DNA of 64,000 nucleotides from Octopus vulgaris. Its lineage: Eukaryota. Below the pieces are notes generated by a model that searched no databases, was not told the DNA's origin, and worked only from the letters and a program-made list of their open reading frames with translations. Each line of letters opens with the position of its first letter. The stretch's first letter is position 1. Location of the stretch: contig OX597823.1 in the NCBI GenBank assembly GCA_951406725.2, forward strand, positions 115,258,001 to 115,322,000, written 5' to 3'. Position numbers and translations under genes: made by a program. Positions 1-15,035 of the stretch are shown here, one piece after another.

Positions 1-336
1 CAGCTCGCCTAATTATCGTTAAAAGCCCTACTAAAGAGATTATTAAAATCAATTTCACTCGTCAAAAATTAATCACTAATATAGAAATTCCGGCTCGCAC
101 TTACTTCTGTATAAGGATATGGATACAGGGACCAGTAGTACTTCTTCCCTTAACATATAGTTCAATGAGATCCCAGATAATCTCATTCATTTAGAGAACG
201 CTAAACTGCCAATTTCATAACATTGAAGTAAGAGCAACTTAACTAATTGCCACAAGTCATTTTTGCCTTATTTATTTTATCTAGCAATTTACCAGTTCTT
301 ACATCCGGAAACAATAGTAATAATTTTATTTCTAAA

Positions 337-718
337 CTAGCACTATCGCCTGGCGTTGCTCGGGTTTGTTTCGACCCTTTAGAATTGGAATTTTTGAGAA
401 GTAAAAATTTTGCATTATGTAGCTTATTCTCTGAACATTTTTCTGGTTGAAATACACCGAAAAATGGCGACACAGCAGTCAAAAAATCGTAAAAAATAGG
501 GGTTTTCATAGAAAAAAAAGCACCTTTTTGATGTAAATAATTTTTGGTGTTAACATGGTCCGATTTGAATTTTTTCTTCTACGGAATGAAGAGTAAGCCT
601 TCTTCTATCATACTCTCAATTTTGGTCAACTTGCGCCGCAGGGTCTAGGAGGTGATAGTGTTAGTTGAAGGCTACTAAACCTGCCATACACAGACAACTT
701 CAGTTTTGTATAGAGAGA
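337..718 (-). mobile_element. Non-autonomous Helitron-like element
   Basis: Minus strand starts A|TCTCTCTATACAAAA (5' TC). It ends with a GC-rich subterminal hairpin-like segment (CCCGAGCAACGCCAGGCG) followed by CTAG|T. Insertion is between A and T with no TSD. Confidence 0.7.
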
Positions 719-994
719 TTAAACACAAATTTAGAAAATTTAAGGCGGATGAGGGTGGTTTATATCAATTACAATACTTGGTTTGTACACTGCATTGTAC
801 TGAACTTGTAGAGTTGAGGAAAACTTGATCTCGGCGATTTGATGTCAGAACCTACAAGCTAGAATACCCCACCTCTCTCTCTCACACACACACTATGTGC
901 AGTACATATATCACACAAACTTCATGCATATTCCCAAGCAAGAACGAAGTGACTTGACTTGATAAAATACGGTATTGATAGATAACGGTGCACT

Positions 995-1180
995 TTTCAA
1001 CCGGTGTTGGTTTGTTTACGTCCCTGATTTTTCAGCGTTTTTGGCAAAAAGACACCGATGGAACAAATACCAGGTTAGGTAAAAAGTATCGGGGCCGATT
1101 TGTTCGATTAAAACCCATCGAGGCGATGTTCCAGCATGGCCGCAGTCTAATGACCGAAACAAGTAAATGGTAAAAGATAA
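995..1180 (+). mobile_element. 3' part of tRNA-SINE family A (degenerate)
   Basis: GTTTACGTCCC...CCAGCATGGCCGCAGTCTAATGACCGAAACAAGTAAA matches the tails of the fuller copies at 44280-44675 and 46391-46770. Confidence 0.6.
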
Positions 1181-1911
1181 GTCAACTCTCAAACTCACAT
1201 CGTAAAGGGAGGTAACTAAATACCAAGAATCATTGTTCAGCCCAATTTCTGTTAATATTTCGATGCTTCTGTTCAACCCAAATCAACACCAATCTCTAGC
1301 TGCCATTTATCTTAATGACATCAAAAGAAAGGCAAAGTTGACCCTGTCCAAATTTGAACTCAGATTAAAATAAAATGCTCAAAAGTTGTTGTTATGTTCT
1401 TCTGGCTATAACAACATGACTTTTAATAAAAACATTTTTCACAGCTGAACCATTTAGCTATGTGATAATAATTGCTACATCTTGTCAGATGATAGTTATT
1501 TCACAGATAGTGAAACATCTGCACATCATTGGATTTAGGTGACAAAAGCTTGTACAACACTTGTGATCCTCCTTTGGTCACCACAGTAGGTTCTGGTGAT
1601 TGCAAGATGCAGCACCAGTCACTGTAACGTGGTTGGTACTATTTCAACCGAAAGTTTTGTCAGAGTATCTTTCTCTTAGAAGAACTGCTTTGATGACGGC
1701 TTTATCAAAAATAACAAGAGCTTCCTCTAGCCCTGGGAAATCCATTTAACCCGTTCATGGGGCCCTGATAGGAACTACCATTCTGGATCAGAAGAGATGT
1801 AGGAGCAATGGTATTTAAGCGGGTAACTCCACCCCACCACTGGGTGCTGTTTAATGTTATACCCATATATAAGTACATACAAACACATGACAACATAAAT
1901 ATGTACATGTG

Positions 1912-1943
<32 letters not shown>

Positions 1944-2160
1944 TATTCATGCATAAATATATACACAGAAGTGTTAAGAAAACAAACACAGCACATTTTA
2001 CCAACTCATTCAACCACAAATAAATGAGTGAAATTAATTAGCAGCTGGTCACACTTGTCCAGCAATGCCACTCTTAAAACTGACATAGTGATATTCCCTT
2101 CCTAGAAGGATTCACAGACAAACTGGCGATATTAGGAATTGTAAGTGAATACACACACAT

Positions 2161-2192
<32 letters not shown>

Positions 2193-3294
2193 CACACACA
2201 TGCACGAACAAAATACAAACAGATGTGTGCACAGATGAGCACTTGTGTGTGTATGTACATATATACGTACATATGTATGTATACAAGTGTGTGAGAGTGT
2301 ACGTGGACACATGAGACAAAGATAGATGGGAACTGATAACAATATATACAAATATAAAAATGACACATCTATAATGTATATACATATGCAAAAATCTTAT
2401 ATACATATATAAAACTTGTTTATAAGCACTTTTACATTATACATATACATAAAAAGACGTAATCTCACCAACATATACAAATTTACAAAAATACAAATCA
2501 ACTACCTTCATACACACATAAGATATTTACATACATGTCTGTATATACACATGTATTTCATATTTTTTTTACTTGTTTGAATCAATTGACTGCAGCTATG
2601 CTGGGGCACACAAAATATTTATATACATGCATGTATATAAACATAGACATATGTTCACACATGCTAAAGAAGTGTGTGTGTGTGTGTGTCCAGTTCTGTG
2701 ATATTGAATAAGAACTGACTTAGTAATGATCCTATGTTTCCAATGCCTGCATAAAAAAATGAGGATGCATGCATTCCATATTTTACAATATAAATATTCA
2801 TACCATAACTATCAACGTTTTATTATAGAAAGCTTGAATTTGTCTTCTTGGTGAGGTTCTGTTAACTCCTTTTAAGTAGCAGTGAAATTTTGTCAAATGC
2901 TTCCATCAGGAACAGAGCTCTGACGTGACACAATTTGAGCATTTCAGCAAGGAAATTGGCTTCCTAAAGATATGATGAACCAGTGTAATAAAGGTGAGAT
3001 GCTAGAATTATTATGGCTTGTTTCTGTAATCAATATTTTATAAGTACAGTGAATTTGCTAAGGGGGAGAGGAAAATATAACATTTTCGGCAGAGTTCATC
3101 ATCAGGGAAAAATTGAAAGATGGACTCTCTCCGAAAGAAGATTTTCCACTCACAACAGCAAGTTCATTGCACTCCTTTAATCGATTTTACTATAAGTCTA
3201 GCGGACACAGACCAACACCAGCCACTTTCAAGTTTGTATACCAACATCAACTGGACCTATATTCCTTTTGAGACACCAATTAACTGAGACAACA

Positions 3295-6200
3295 ATTTTG
3301 ACAAGTATCACATTTTATTAGTAACATACGAATTTAGTTTGACCTTTTTTCTTTTTTTAAATCATTTTGCATTTGTTTACAGACCATATTTTCATATTCA
3401 CTCTCCAGTGACCTAGCATATTTGTGCAACCATCATTTGCTTAAATTTATTCACTCGAAATATCAATCTGGTTTCGGTGGATAATTTTTTTTTTCTTTTT
3501 CTTCTTTCAACAAAATAGAGTCCAGGTAAATGGTAATGGCTGTTTGCTATTTTGCAGAAACAAAAAAATGTTTAGTTAAATAAAAAAAAAAAAAAAAGTG
3601 GGGAAAAAATCATCTGAGATTAAAAAAAAAAAAAATTTCAAAAAAAAAAAAAAAACTGAAATTATGCAACTGATAATAAATGCAATAAAATAGGAAAGAA
3701 AAAAGAAAAGAAAAAAACAAAACAAAAAGAAAAGATCAGCAACAACCAAAGGTCGAAGAAAAATTGTTTATTGAACTTTTAGTAGTGGACAGTCTATATA
3801 AGGGAATGTCTTGAGGAAAACTGACAACTGCATGACTTCAATGTTGAAAATTACCCTTTGTTTTTGTGCTCTTAATAGCAAGGGTCCTATATGGATTACA
3901 GCCATTTCAGTTTTTTTCTTTTTCTTCTGACTTTATAAGATACAAGCAAGCAAGTATTAAACTGAGAACCTTAAACCTAGAAATATTCATTACATACAAC
4001 ACATGCATACATAAATTACATTCATACTTAGGGTGTTTACTCCTCTCAGCATAATGTAGGTTAACCTTTCTTGCTTTGAACTTTATCAGATGATAAAAAA
4101 AAAAAAAACCAAACTAATTTTGTATCTCATCTGAATATCCATTTATCTTAACCCTTTTACATACGCATCACGCTGTTATAGTTAGAAATTTCATTTTTTT
4201 TTTTTTTAATCTAGAAGACCGAAGCGGTGTAACTAGCTACAGCAACACCAATAAATACTTCTGTTTTCTCAAACACAAAACATACCTTCCTGATGTTTAC
4301 ATTTTACTTCAGATTTTCCAGGTTTAACTTAGCAATGTTCGAATTTCGAACGTTTCCCACTCACCCTTCTGGCAGAAACAAAAACAATTGCACTGGGAAA
4401 AAAGATTGAACCAAGAGACTGGAAGAAAAAAAAAAAAAAGATTGAAAAAAAAGACTAAAAAGATTTTCCTCTGACTACTACTGTGTTGAAACTCTATTTA
4501 AATATAGTGAGTAAGCAAGTGTAAGCAAATAACAAGACATTAAAACTGATGGTTGCTAATTTCAAATAAGATATTTTAAATTGGAAAGTGAAAAGTGATT
4601 AAAAAGACAAACTCAATAGGTTTCCCAGCCAGTGTGGCAAATGATCTTTTATAACTGCCATCTTACCAAGAACATGCATTGAAGTTACAAAACTGCCAAC
4701 ACTCATCCCACTGTACTCTTAATGATGTTATGCTAATGGCTTTAGAGATTAACATAGCTTGCTTCTTCCTTACTTATAATTGCTAAACCATCTTAATCTA
4801 ACACAACCATGGGTGCTTTGCATATCCAGCGATGTAAATGCAGACGAATGATGATATATAAAATAGATGAACCATTTGCTTTTTTTTTTTTTCTTCCACC
4901 TTAAATTTTGTTAATCTTTATGCTTATACACAGATTTTTAAAAAAATGTTTGCAGTTCCTATATATTTTTGTTCAGCTATAAATTTCACTTAGTTTTGAT
5001 ACATCCGTCTGAAGCGTATACACAATATTTTCTATAAATACCTCCAGTGATTAACAAAATAGACTCTTGCAATGCAGAACTCCCCTAGTAAATATACTCT
5101 TGTATCGCATACTTACTTTACAGGACTCCCCCAAGCAAATAGCTTAGTGAACCAATAACTAATTCCCCAACAGATTGTTTTTTTTCTTTCTTTTTAAGCT
5201 TAATATTCATTTTTAAGACATAACGGACGAAATAAAGACTTTAAATGTTTGGTCTCTGGTAGGTAGCACAAAACAACATGCAAAATTGAGGCAATATATA
5301 GCTTACAGGGACTGGTTTAAAGCTTTGGCAACAAACGACAAACGTCAACAGATAAAACTTCCAATATTAAAATATTCATATGAAAACCACTAACAATTGC
5401 TGGCATAATACCAGTTGTTTTACAACATTACATAAATATTTAAACATACAATGGCGTAACAGTTATTTCAGATCAGAAAAAGGTGGGCAGTTAACTAATT
5501 GTAAATTTAGTAAGAAAAATTACGATATATGTCAAGTGCCATACAAATATATATAAGTTGAGAGGCACTATATTTTCTCAAGAGGATTTAATAGAAAAAA
5601 AAAAAAAAAGAAAGAAAAATAACTTTCAAGTTGGTACCAATTTATAATTCAGATATTCAACATTTATCTATCATGATACCCAACACGTAATCGCATCAGT
5701 CACTAGATCACATGTCCAAATGTTTGCAGCTCATGAACAACTCAGGAAAATAAAATTTTCGCAATATTTCATTTTAACAATAACAGCTAAATTGTTCAAG
5801 AGCGCCAGTTAAATATGATTTTAATAAACTGTAAAATTTCAGATTTCATAACCTAAAATAGAAGATAAAGGAGAGTTTTCTTGTGACTAGAACAAATGTA
5901 GTTTTAAAACAAAGAAATACATTTTTAAGTCTTTGATAATGAATATCAACAAATACAGACTTAGATGTACTTTTTCGGGTTTCAAGCAGTCATCTTAAAA
6001 AATATTTTGAAACCATCTGTAACGTCCTTCTGGAAATATTTTGACTTAACACTTCACATAAGATAAAGTGAAGAGTTAGCCAGCATGGATCCATCGAGCA
6101 GGCAAGTATTTTAAACAATCCATTTGATGTGTGAGCACTTAAGTCAGCAGTAAAAATCTGGGATTTTAATTAGAGGAGATTAAACTTAAGGCTAATGTAG

Positions 6201-9200
6201 ACATTGCCTAAACAAGAGGCGATAAGATCAATAAACCTGCCTCAACAATAAAGATAACATGGAAAAGTTTCTTGTAATACTTGCTCAAAGTCTTACTAGC
6301 ACTAGTGGTCTTGGAATAATTATTTTTGTGCAAACTGTAGATTAACGAATATGATAATGATTTATATTTTCGCTCAGATGATTCTTTAAAAATTAACTGA
6401 ATTCCACTTAATATCTCTACAAGTAATTAATAGAAAGAAATGTAAAACACTAAGTAATTATAGATCTAGTGCTCTAGCATTTTGTTACCACGTAAAAATC
6501 TAATAGTGTCACTAATGAAATGGAACAGAGAAATAACGAATAGTAGTAGCAGTGCAAATAGTAACATTAGTAGCATCAGCTACAGTTATGGCAGAAGAAA
6601 AGAAAAACAAGAATCTGAGAGTTGAAACTGTCTCTGGAAAAGGCAGTTTGCAACAACAACAACAACAACAAGAACAACAACAGGAAACTGATGTCAATGG
6701 ATGAGAACATTTGATAGCAATGATATCGAAGAAATGTTATGAGAATGAGAAATAGTTCAATCCACTACCTGATTAAATAGAAATAAAACAGCAAAACATC
6801 TCATTCTTCTCTATTCAATACACTACATGGTATAAAATGGTTCAGAAAAGATCAGCAGTTTATAAACAGCAAGTCTTGAAGACTGCAGTTAAACTTTCAA
6901 GACTATGTTTCTGCAGGAACAAAGCCCTGAATATAGTAATTTTTTTTCCTCTTCTTCTTCATGGCAAGGTTTTATTCGGCAGTGGTTCTAGCACCCTTAG
7001 TCTGCGACAGTTATTAAAAACAAGTTTTATAAATTGGACTCCAGTCAATGTAACTATCTGTTCTGACTGGTCTTATCGCATACATTACATAGACCGAAAC
7101 ACCTTTTCGGTATTATGTCTAATGTTGAATAACAATGAAATAACTTGCAACCAATAATGGCCAACACTGAACTAAAAGAATGATTTAACAAACATGGAAT
7201 CTTTAAAATGTAGCATATAAAGAATTTGAAACATTCATATTGTCTGTTGATATCTAGATAGTACAAGTAGACAATTAGTCAAAGGTTTGCCAAAGAGTCC
7301 AATACACAGAAAGAAATTTATAGTTCCACATATCACTAATTTACCGCTTATATGGCAGAAATATCAATTAGCATTGAAAAGATAAATCCTTTTTGTCCAG
7401 AATTCAGTAACTAAACGAGAAGTATTTTGACGTTTTACAGAAACTTTCCAGTAGGCAATGAAACTAGCTCAAGTGCAGATTGAAAGTGAAGAAATAAACA
7501 AGTAAAACTAACTAATACAGAGTGACTAGAGAGAAAATGGAGAAGAAAGTATCTTCCAGAGTCAGAATAGGTAGGAGAAAATAAAGATAAAATAGAGTTG
7601 GTTGGATAAGGATATATTCGATAGTATCTTAAATGATACCTACCCGTATGTATTAATCTGAATCATTATGAAGGATAGGAATTCATGTTAATTTAGGGGT
7701 TTGTATGTCAAATATTTTAACAATAAATCCTCCACCATATTGTGAGGTAGTTGAATTATCTCTCATAATCTAGAGTTGTTCAAATTTTGTACTTATAAGT
7801 ACAATTCAGAAGTGGACGTGGTATATCAAATTTTTATATTCTTTTAAGAACTAAGCTATCGCACCCTACGACAAGAAAGAATATCCTCTCCTCATAATAC
7901 TTGACATAATTACAGCAGCTATATAAACAGATTTCAAATAGAATTCTAAAGTATTTCAGTATCTTGTTCGAATATGCAGAGAGAAAGGAACAATGAATAA
8001 TAAGGAAAGCAGAAAAATTAAATTAAATACAATGAAGGTTCGTTTGATTAGGTGGTACAGCAATTTTAGAATATTAATATTCGGCTGGTTACTTCTATAA
8101 AATACCATCAATTTTTCTTTTTGCTAAGTCTTTTTAACTACTAGTACACTTATGAGGAAGATTCAATAGTATCCAGAAAAACAGTTAAATATCATGAATA
8201 AATTTTAACCGTTCAGAATAGAAAGAATGCAATTTCCATCACAAATTCAAGAAACCTGGTACAGGCTAGCAAAAATTCTTAGTTTACAATACATGATAAA
8301 AAAAAAAAGAAAAGAAAAAGAATTCCTATTCAAACAGACTTTTAATACTTTCCTCCTAAAAATGAACCATTGTCACATAATTCTTTATAAATTAAGAGAT
8401 GAATCTACATCTCAAAATATAAGAAAACTCCTTATATCAATACTGAATATCGTTGTTGTAGAAATTCAAGAAATGTCTACCCCAATTTATTGATGGAGAA
8501 GCTGAATGAACATTTTTTTTCCAGTGTCTTTTAACTTTAAATAACAAACACTGTAAAAATTTCACTTAGAGAAGAACCAGCACACTTTGCTAAAATTTTT
8601 AATTTTCTATCATCAGATAGAAAACTATTTTCTCTCCTCATTGCAAAACTGAAATCCATTTGTGCAGTAAAAAGAAAAATCTTTGAAAGTTTTTGTTCAA
8701 TGCCTCAAAGGTGATTTCTGTTTATATTATTTTTTGTATGCGTTTCTGTTTTTTTTTTTTTTAAATTTATTTTCGTCTGAAAATTTTCAGTTATGAAAGT
8801 GTCACTATTATCAAGTGAAACATAGGCATTTGAAGCCTGAATGCATTGACAAAAAGACTTTATAATACTTCAGCTTCACCACTAGAATTATGACAGGTAT
8901 TAGGTAAACAAACTAAGATTCCAGGCAGGAAATCTGACCGACATGGCCTCATTACCAAGGCAACAGAGACATCTTAGAAGAGATGATACATTAAGCCATC
9001 TTTAAAAGGAAGATGATTGATTTCAGGGATGTTCAAATAATTCATTGTTGAGGGTTAAAATATTAATACTAAGATAGAGGATTGTAAAATGTTATCTTGA
9101 ATAAATGAAGTGGATGGAGGTAAGTTTTAATGATCTTTCTGATGGCAGTCATGAAATTATTTTATGTACAAGAACTTCTGAAAATTCTTAAGCCTATAAA

Positions 9201-12200
9201 AAAATCCATGACAAGATGAATAGCAAAATATAGATATTTTTTCTTGCCAATTGATAGTTTAGAAAAATTTTAAAATGCATAACTTTCAATAGTTCAATAG
9301 CCAAATATTGAAAAACTGTTGGCAAACTATTGCAAGTTTTTATTCAGCAAGAATAAATTACTTTTGATTCTCAATAAATTGCATAGATATTCCCCCAGTA
9401 ACACACAAGTGGCTAAAAATACCAGTCTAACAACATACTCAAATTTATTATATTTATATTAAAGTGGGCATTATTCAGTAATTAAAATTAGATGTGTATA
9501 GAAATTATGAAAATTGATTAATCTAATAAACTAACTAAATTGATTATCTAAAAATGAATAATTTCTATAAATTCTTAGTATCTTATTAAATAATTTTTCA
9601 ATAAAGATAACAGTTATTGCTACAACAGGAAATAATTACGTAACTACTTTTCATTTTACTCCAATATAAATAAACCTACAATATTCCTAACTGCCAATAC
9701 AAATTGTAAAAATATTGAGTTCAATTCTGTTAAAATCTTTACTCCAGAATTTAATATAATGGCTCATTAAAAGCCAAATAGTATTTTTTTCTGTTAGAAT
9801 TTTACAAATACATCTCACGATTTGCTGAGATCATGTCAGCAGCATACTTTACAAAACTTTTATTGAAGTGTCTTTTTCATTCTTTTTTGTTTTTCTTTGC
9901 ACACAACCAACATTTTCAAGCAGCAGCTCTATACACCTTCAAGTGAAATGGTGTCGTCATACAAGACATTTCTAAATCACAATCTCAAAACATTTAACAA
10001 CTGAACACTGAACCAATGTTCCGCAAGCATTAGTTTAATATAAATAATTGGTCCCGAAATATCAAATATTGGAAGGCATTAATATAATTTTATTATATGT
10101 ACTCATAAATATGCTACATTGAAATTTGACAATAACTATGCAAAAATCACATAGTTTGAGGAAGTCTATAGGTATATATACACCATTAATTTTCAAGAGA
10201 AGCGACTGTAAAAGCAGCTAAAGTAAGATTCTTAGTAATTATACTATTCAGCCTAAAATCTGACATCCAGCAAGTAAATTTAACTTGAATGTTTAGACAA
10301 CTGAACTTTGTAGAAGCTGGGTTTTCTTTCAAGAAGACAAGACAAGGAATTTTTTTAAATAGAAAAAGGCAAAGAATGTATCAAAAATAGAAAATGGTAT
10401 TTTTTTCAATTAAATATTTTATTGGTTTCAAAAAATTGCCTGCAAAATTTAATTATGGCTCATTAACGGATAAGCAACCTGAATACAATTCATTTTTTTT
10501 CTCAACCAATCTATTGTCTGCCACTTAAAACTGAAACATTGGAACCCTGAAACATGATGTTCAGGTAAAATTTGTATTGCACAATGTTTTAGTCAGTATA
10601 AAGTATCTAAAAGATGTTGAAATATTTAAAAAAAATGGCAAGTGGGGAAAATATTTGGAATGTATGTTCTCATATAAATCAGCTGTTTATGGGATTAAAG
10701 AAACAATACTTCTAATTTATTTTAACCACAATTATACCCAACAAAAACTAAACATTTTTAAAATGTGCAAATGGATTTGGAATGTTTATAGGTTGGTGAA
10801 TAAATAAAAAGTGAAAAGGAAAAAAAAGTTGTAATACATCGCTGGAATAACAATTTTCCCCATGACTGAGTTTTATGTTCCCGTTAGCCAACTTATAGAA
10901 ATCAATCAACAGTTTGAGGCCACAAAGTGGGGCAAATTTGGTAGTGCAAATGCTCATAACAGAGTGTTATCCAGCATTCGATACTTATGTTTCCTTCACA
11001 ATAACCTTCTGGCAGAAGCAACTGCAGATAAAATAAGTGTAATTAAGAAGCAATTAATCTATTGAGTCAGATTTCAAAAAAAAAAAAAAAGAAAAAAAAA
11101 AGGAAAGAAAAAAGTTTCTATCATTAGTGAGAAAACATTCCACACTTCAAAATAAACAGCAAAAAGGAAAAAAAAAAAAAAAAAAAAAAAAGAAAAAAGT
11201 GGATTCAAAAATAAAGTAAAAAATAGAAACCAACAATTAACTTTTGTATTATAATTCATATTTGAAATGAAAAATAGTCTTAGTAAATTATCAATATTTA
11301 AACTTTCAAGAAATTACAAACAAATTATAGCTTCAACAATTGTGAACAATCAGAAGTTAATCTAGTCATATGTTTGCTAAGTGGCAGTCGTTCTGGATAC
11401 TGTCCATAAGAAATCACTTTGTAATTTTAGTCTGCTTGCTTGTAGCTAGAAAGAAGGTCAACTGTGAAGTATGAAAAACGACAGAAACATACAGGTTTGT
11501 TACAGTAATGTCTTATTTGAGGCCCACAATGTCACGATCAAATATGTATTGCATAAAGACATCTGAGCAATGTTTTCTTCTTTTAAATAGCCAAGCCTCT
11601 TGGAGGACTTACACAGCAGTAAGATGATCATCAGAAATATGAAAATGTTGACTTTTTCAAAGTAACACTGGTAAGGGAAAACCATCCATTCTCATGCATT
11701 GATTACCTGACACGTTAGTGCAAACTAACTTTGAATGCAGAAATTTTATTGCATAATTTGACATGTAGAAAATACAAAAACAGCAATACAACCAAAACTA
11801 CAAGTAAGGAAATAACAGCCAGCTGCTCCAACTAAAATAATTACTTGGGGTTGAAGTTAAATGATTTTCCCCAAGATAAATCACAAAGTAGAAGAAAAAC
11901 GCAAAAGTAAGAACAAGACAACATGAAGCAAATTCATACAGAAGAGTAAATGGTCAGGATCTAAAATTTCCTGGACAAACTTTCCCCAACTGTAAAACTT
12001 AACTAATTCAAAAACAATTCAAATACCACAAGTTTGTTTACTTTACCTAAACTGGAATGAAATTGTAAAAGACAAAATCCAAAGTCTTGAAAAACATTGA
12101 AATCAGAAACATGTTGTAATAATAATGATAATAATAATAATAATAATGATAATAATAATAATACTAAATACACAATTTTAAGACGGTGGGACCTTGAAAA

Positions 12201-15003
12201 TTTGTTTACTTCAATACAAAAATGCAACAAATATCAAATAATTAAAACTGATTTACTGAATCTCTTAAAAACTGTATGGTATGGAGTAATATTAATTAAA
12301 GATGTTGCAGACAACACGTAACAGCACTGGGTATGATAGCAGCAGCTGTTGTGTGCAGCTGAGTAACGAACAAATGTCAGCATTTTGTTGAGGTTTTTTT
12401 GGGATTTTTATTTTCTTTAACAAATTGAGATCACTTTCAGCACAGTTTCTCCGCATTAAAAAGGAGATTTGCATATCTTTTTCTTTTTCTTTTTTTAAAA
12501 ATCTTGTAGAACATTTGATCAAAAGTTTTTGGGGTTTTTTTTAGGGAATAGGGGGATTGGGTGTAACGAACACCAATGCCTGAATTGTGGCTCATAAAAT
12601 AGAACAATACACAATTCAACATCAGACCAACAATTTGTTTTGCGAAAACTCGTGCTCTCCAAAAGTGAGCAAATATATTCTCCAAACATATATTCAATTA
12701 TGTATAAAAAACTTTACAAACTGGAATTACGTTCATCAAATATTTTAAGGTAATTTTACAGTTTTTTTTTTTGTTCCCTTTTAAAGCAGAATATTTCCTT
12801 TAGAATATTAACCTCTGAAGACCAGTCATATATACAAAGAGGCTCATTAGCTGAGCACGGTCAAGTGCAATCAGTTTAAATTCTATTCCAGGAATGTTTG
12901 GATCTTTACAGGAAAATTTGTAACAGCAGATTTCCATAATGGATATAGTGTGCAACAAATTCATTCCACCCTTTGTTAACTCAATTTCGCCTGATCTGTG
13001 TATATATTTACATTCATGTTGACCTCATTAAAATTGAATAGGATGTAAAAATCATCATTTGAAATGGAAGATCTTTGGTTGTTTTGCCCATGTGAATTTG
13101 ACAAACCTTTGAGTTGTTCTTTCACCCTTCATACAGCTCCCATAAAGCCAACCATGCCAAAAAAACATGCTGTTAGGGCAGCAGTTGGAATTAACTGCAA
13201 CGTTTAAATGTTTAGCATCACTAAAAAAAAAAAAAAAAATTTTTTTATAAATAAAAAGCTGAACCAGTCTTCACTCACGATTGGCTAACAAAGGGCTTGT
13301 CTGCTGGTTATTCTTCGCCTTATGCATATAATTCCCCAGGAAAGTTTCGAAGATATAGTGCTGATATGTTGAATTAAAACAATAAGATTTTAGGAGATAA
13401 ACAGTCAAACTTACAATCAAAGCAGGCTTCTTTTTTCTTTCTTTTTTTTTTATATAACCTTTTTTTGTGACTTTTTAAAATTTTAAATAGGTCTCTATTG
13501 ATAGAGAAAATTATAAGATAAAACTGGTCAGGATCAAAAACAAGTCATTAACACTAAGTGAATTAGAGCTGAATATAATAAAGAAGTGTTCTGTGCATTG
13601 CAAAGTATTTCAAATGTTTCTATAGAAAATGATGTATGGCATAAAATAACATTTATAAAAGATTGCTTTACACAAATTTGTAGAAAGCAAAGGAATCAAG
13701 ATTTAAAATCAAATTATTCCAATTGGTATTGTAGTAAAGGATTCTTTAAACTTTTGCTACATATATAATTATTGAATTTATAGAAAAATACTGTCAGTAG
13801 ATGCTTGATCAAATAGAAGCTATTGAATTGCATAAGCAAGAGGACATATCAGGCAGATCTTTGAAGGCATGAAACATTTACCACTGATTTGGGAATATAA
13901 ATTACTTTTTCTTTCAAGTTATTAACAAGAATTCAATCTATTCATTTTAATTTACATTAAAAAAAAAAAAAGAAAAAAGTAAAAATTTTAGTTGATGACT
14001 GAACATTAATAACTAATGAAAGTACTGCTCAACAGGACACTAGAAATGTTTAAAGAGCATTATTAGATCAGTCTAATTGGGTCTAAAAAAGGAATAAATG
14101 AATACCCACAGTGAAACATGTCAAATTTAGATAACAGTGAAATATCTTCAACTGAGATAACACAGTAAATTATTAAATAAGTTTTAACCAATGCCAAATT
14201 TTCAGTCTAATTTTAAAGATTATATTAAATAGCATCTGCAAAGTTAAATTACCATAGTACTAACATACTAATATTTACTGAAAGTGAATTGAAGAAATTG
14301 CAAGTTAAAGCATTTGAATCAAATTCCTTTGAAAATCTTAATTTAGATTATTTTCCTAAGGAAAAGTTTGCCTGTTTAAAAATAAAAGAAACTGTATATT
14401 TTTAACTGCAAAGCAATGTAATAAGTAGAACTTAGAAAAATGATATTAATATAATAATGCAAAGAGTTAACCTAATTTTGAACACTTCAAGAAGCCAAAA
14501 GATTCAAATTTTTTGTCTTTAAAATTAGAATCAAAACCATTTTAGATAAGAAAGAAACACTATTCTCATCAGCAAGTAGAAGGGAAGTAGTCCTGTTTAG
14601 ATGGGAAATTTGTTTTTGAAAACATTAACACCAGTCTTTTGAAAAGGAAACTGACTGTATAGCAGTCGTTTGTTTTAATGCTAGATTTTACTAGAATGGG
14701 ACAACCAATTCCCTGAGTGATAGTTCTTAACTCAAAAATACATATTCAAAATATTTTTTTCACCCTTAAAAGTTTATCATTTGTAACGATTTGTAATAGA
14801 ACATTTACAGAATATAACCAGAAATATAACCGGTTCTTCAAATATAAATCTTAATTTAAATATTGCAGAAAATACTTGGAATGAAATATTACGTATGTAG
14901 ATAGGAAGGAAAGGAAAGAGATTAGAGAGAAAGAATACAAGTATTGTCCTGCAGTATAACAAAACTTTCCTCTGTGTATCAAGTGAATATATATACACAT
15001 TTA

Positions 15004-15035
<32 letters not shown>

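Noticed and set aside
1-300. Faint resemblance to a Helitron helicase C-terminus
   Set aside because: Too degenerate to support without an alignment.
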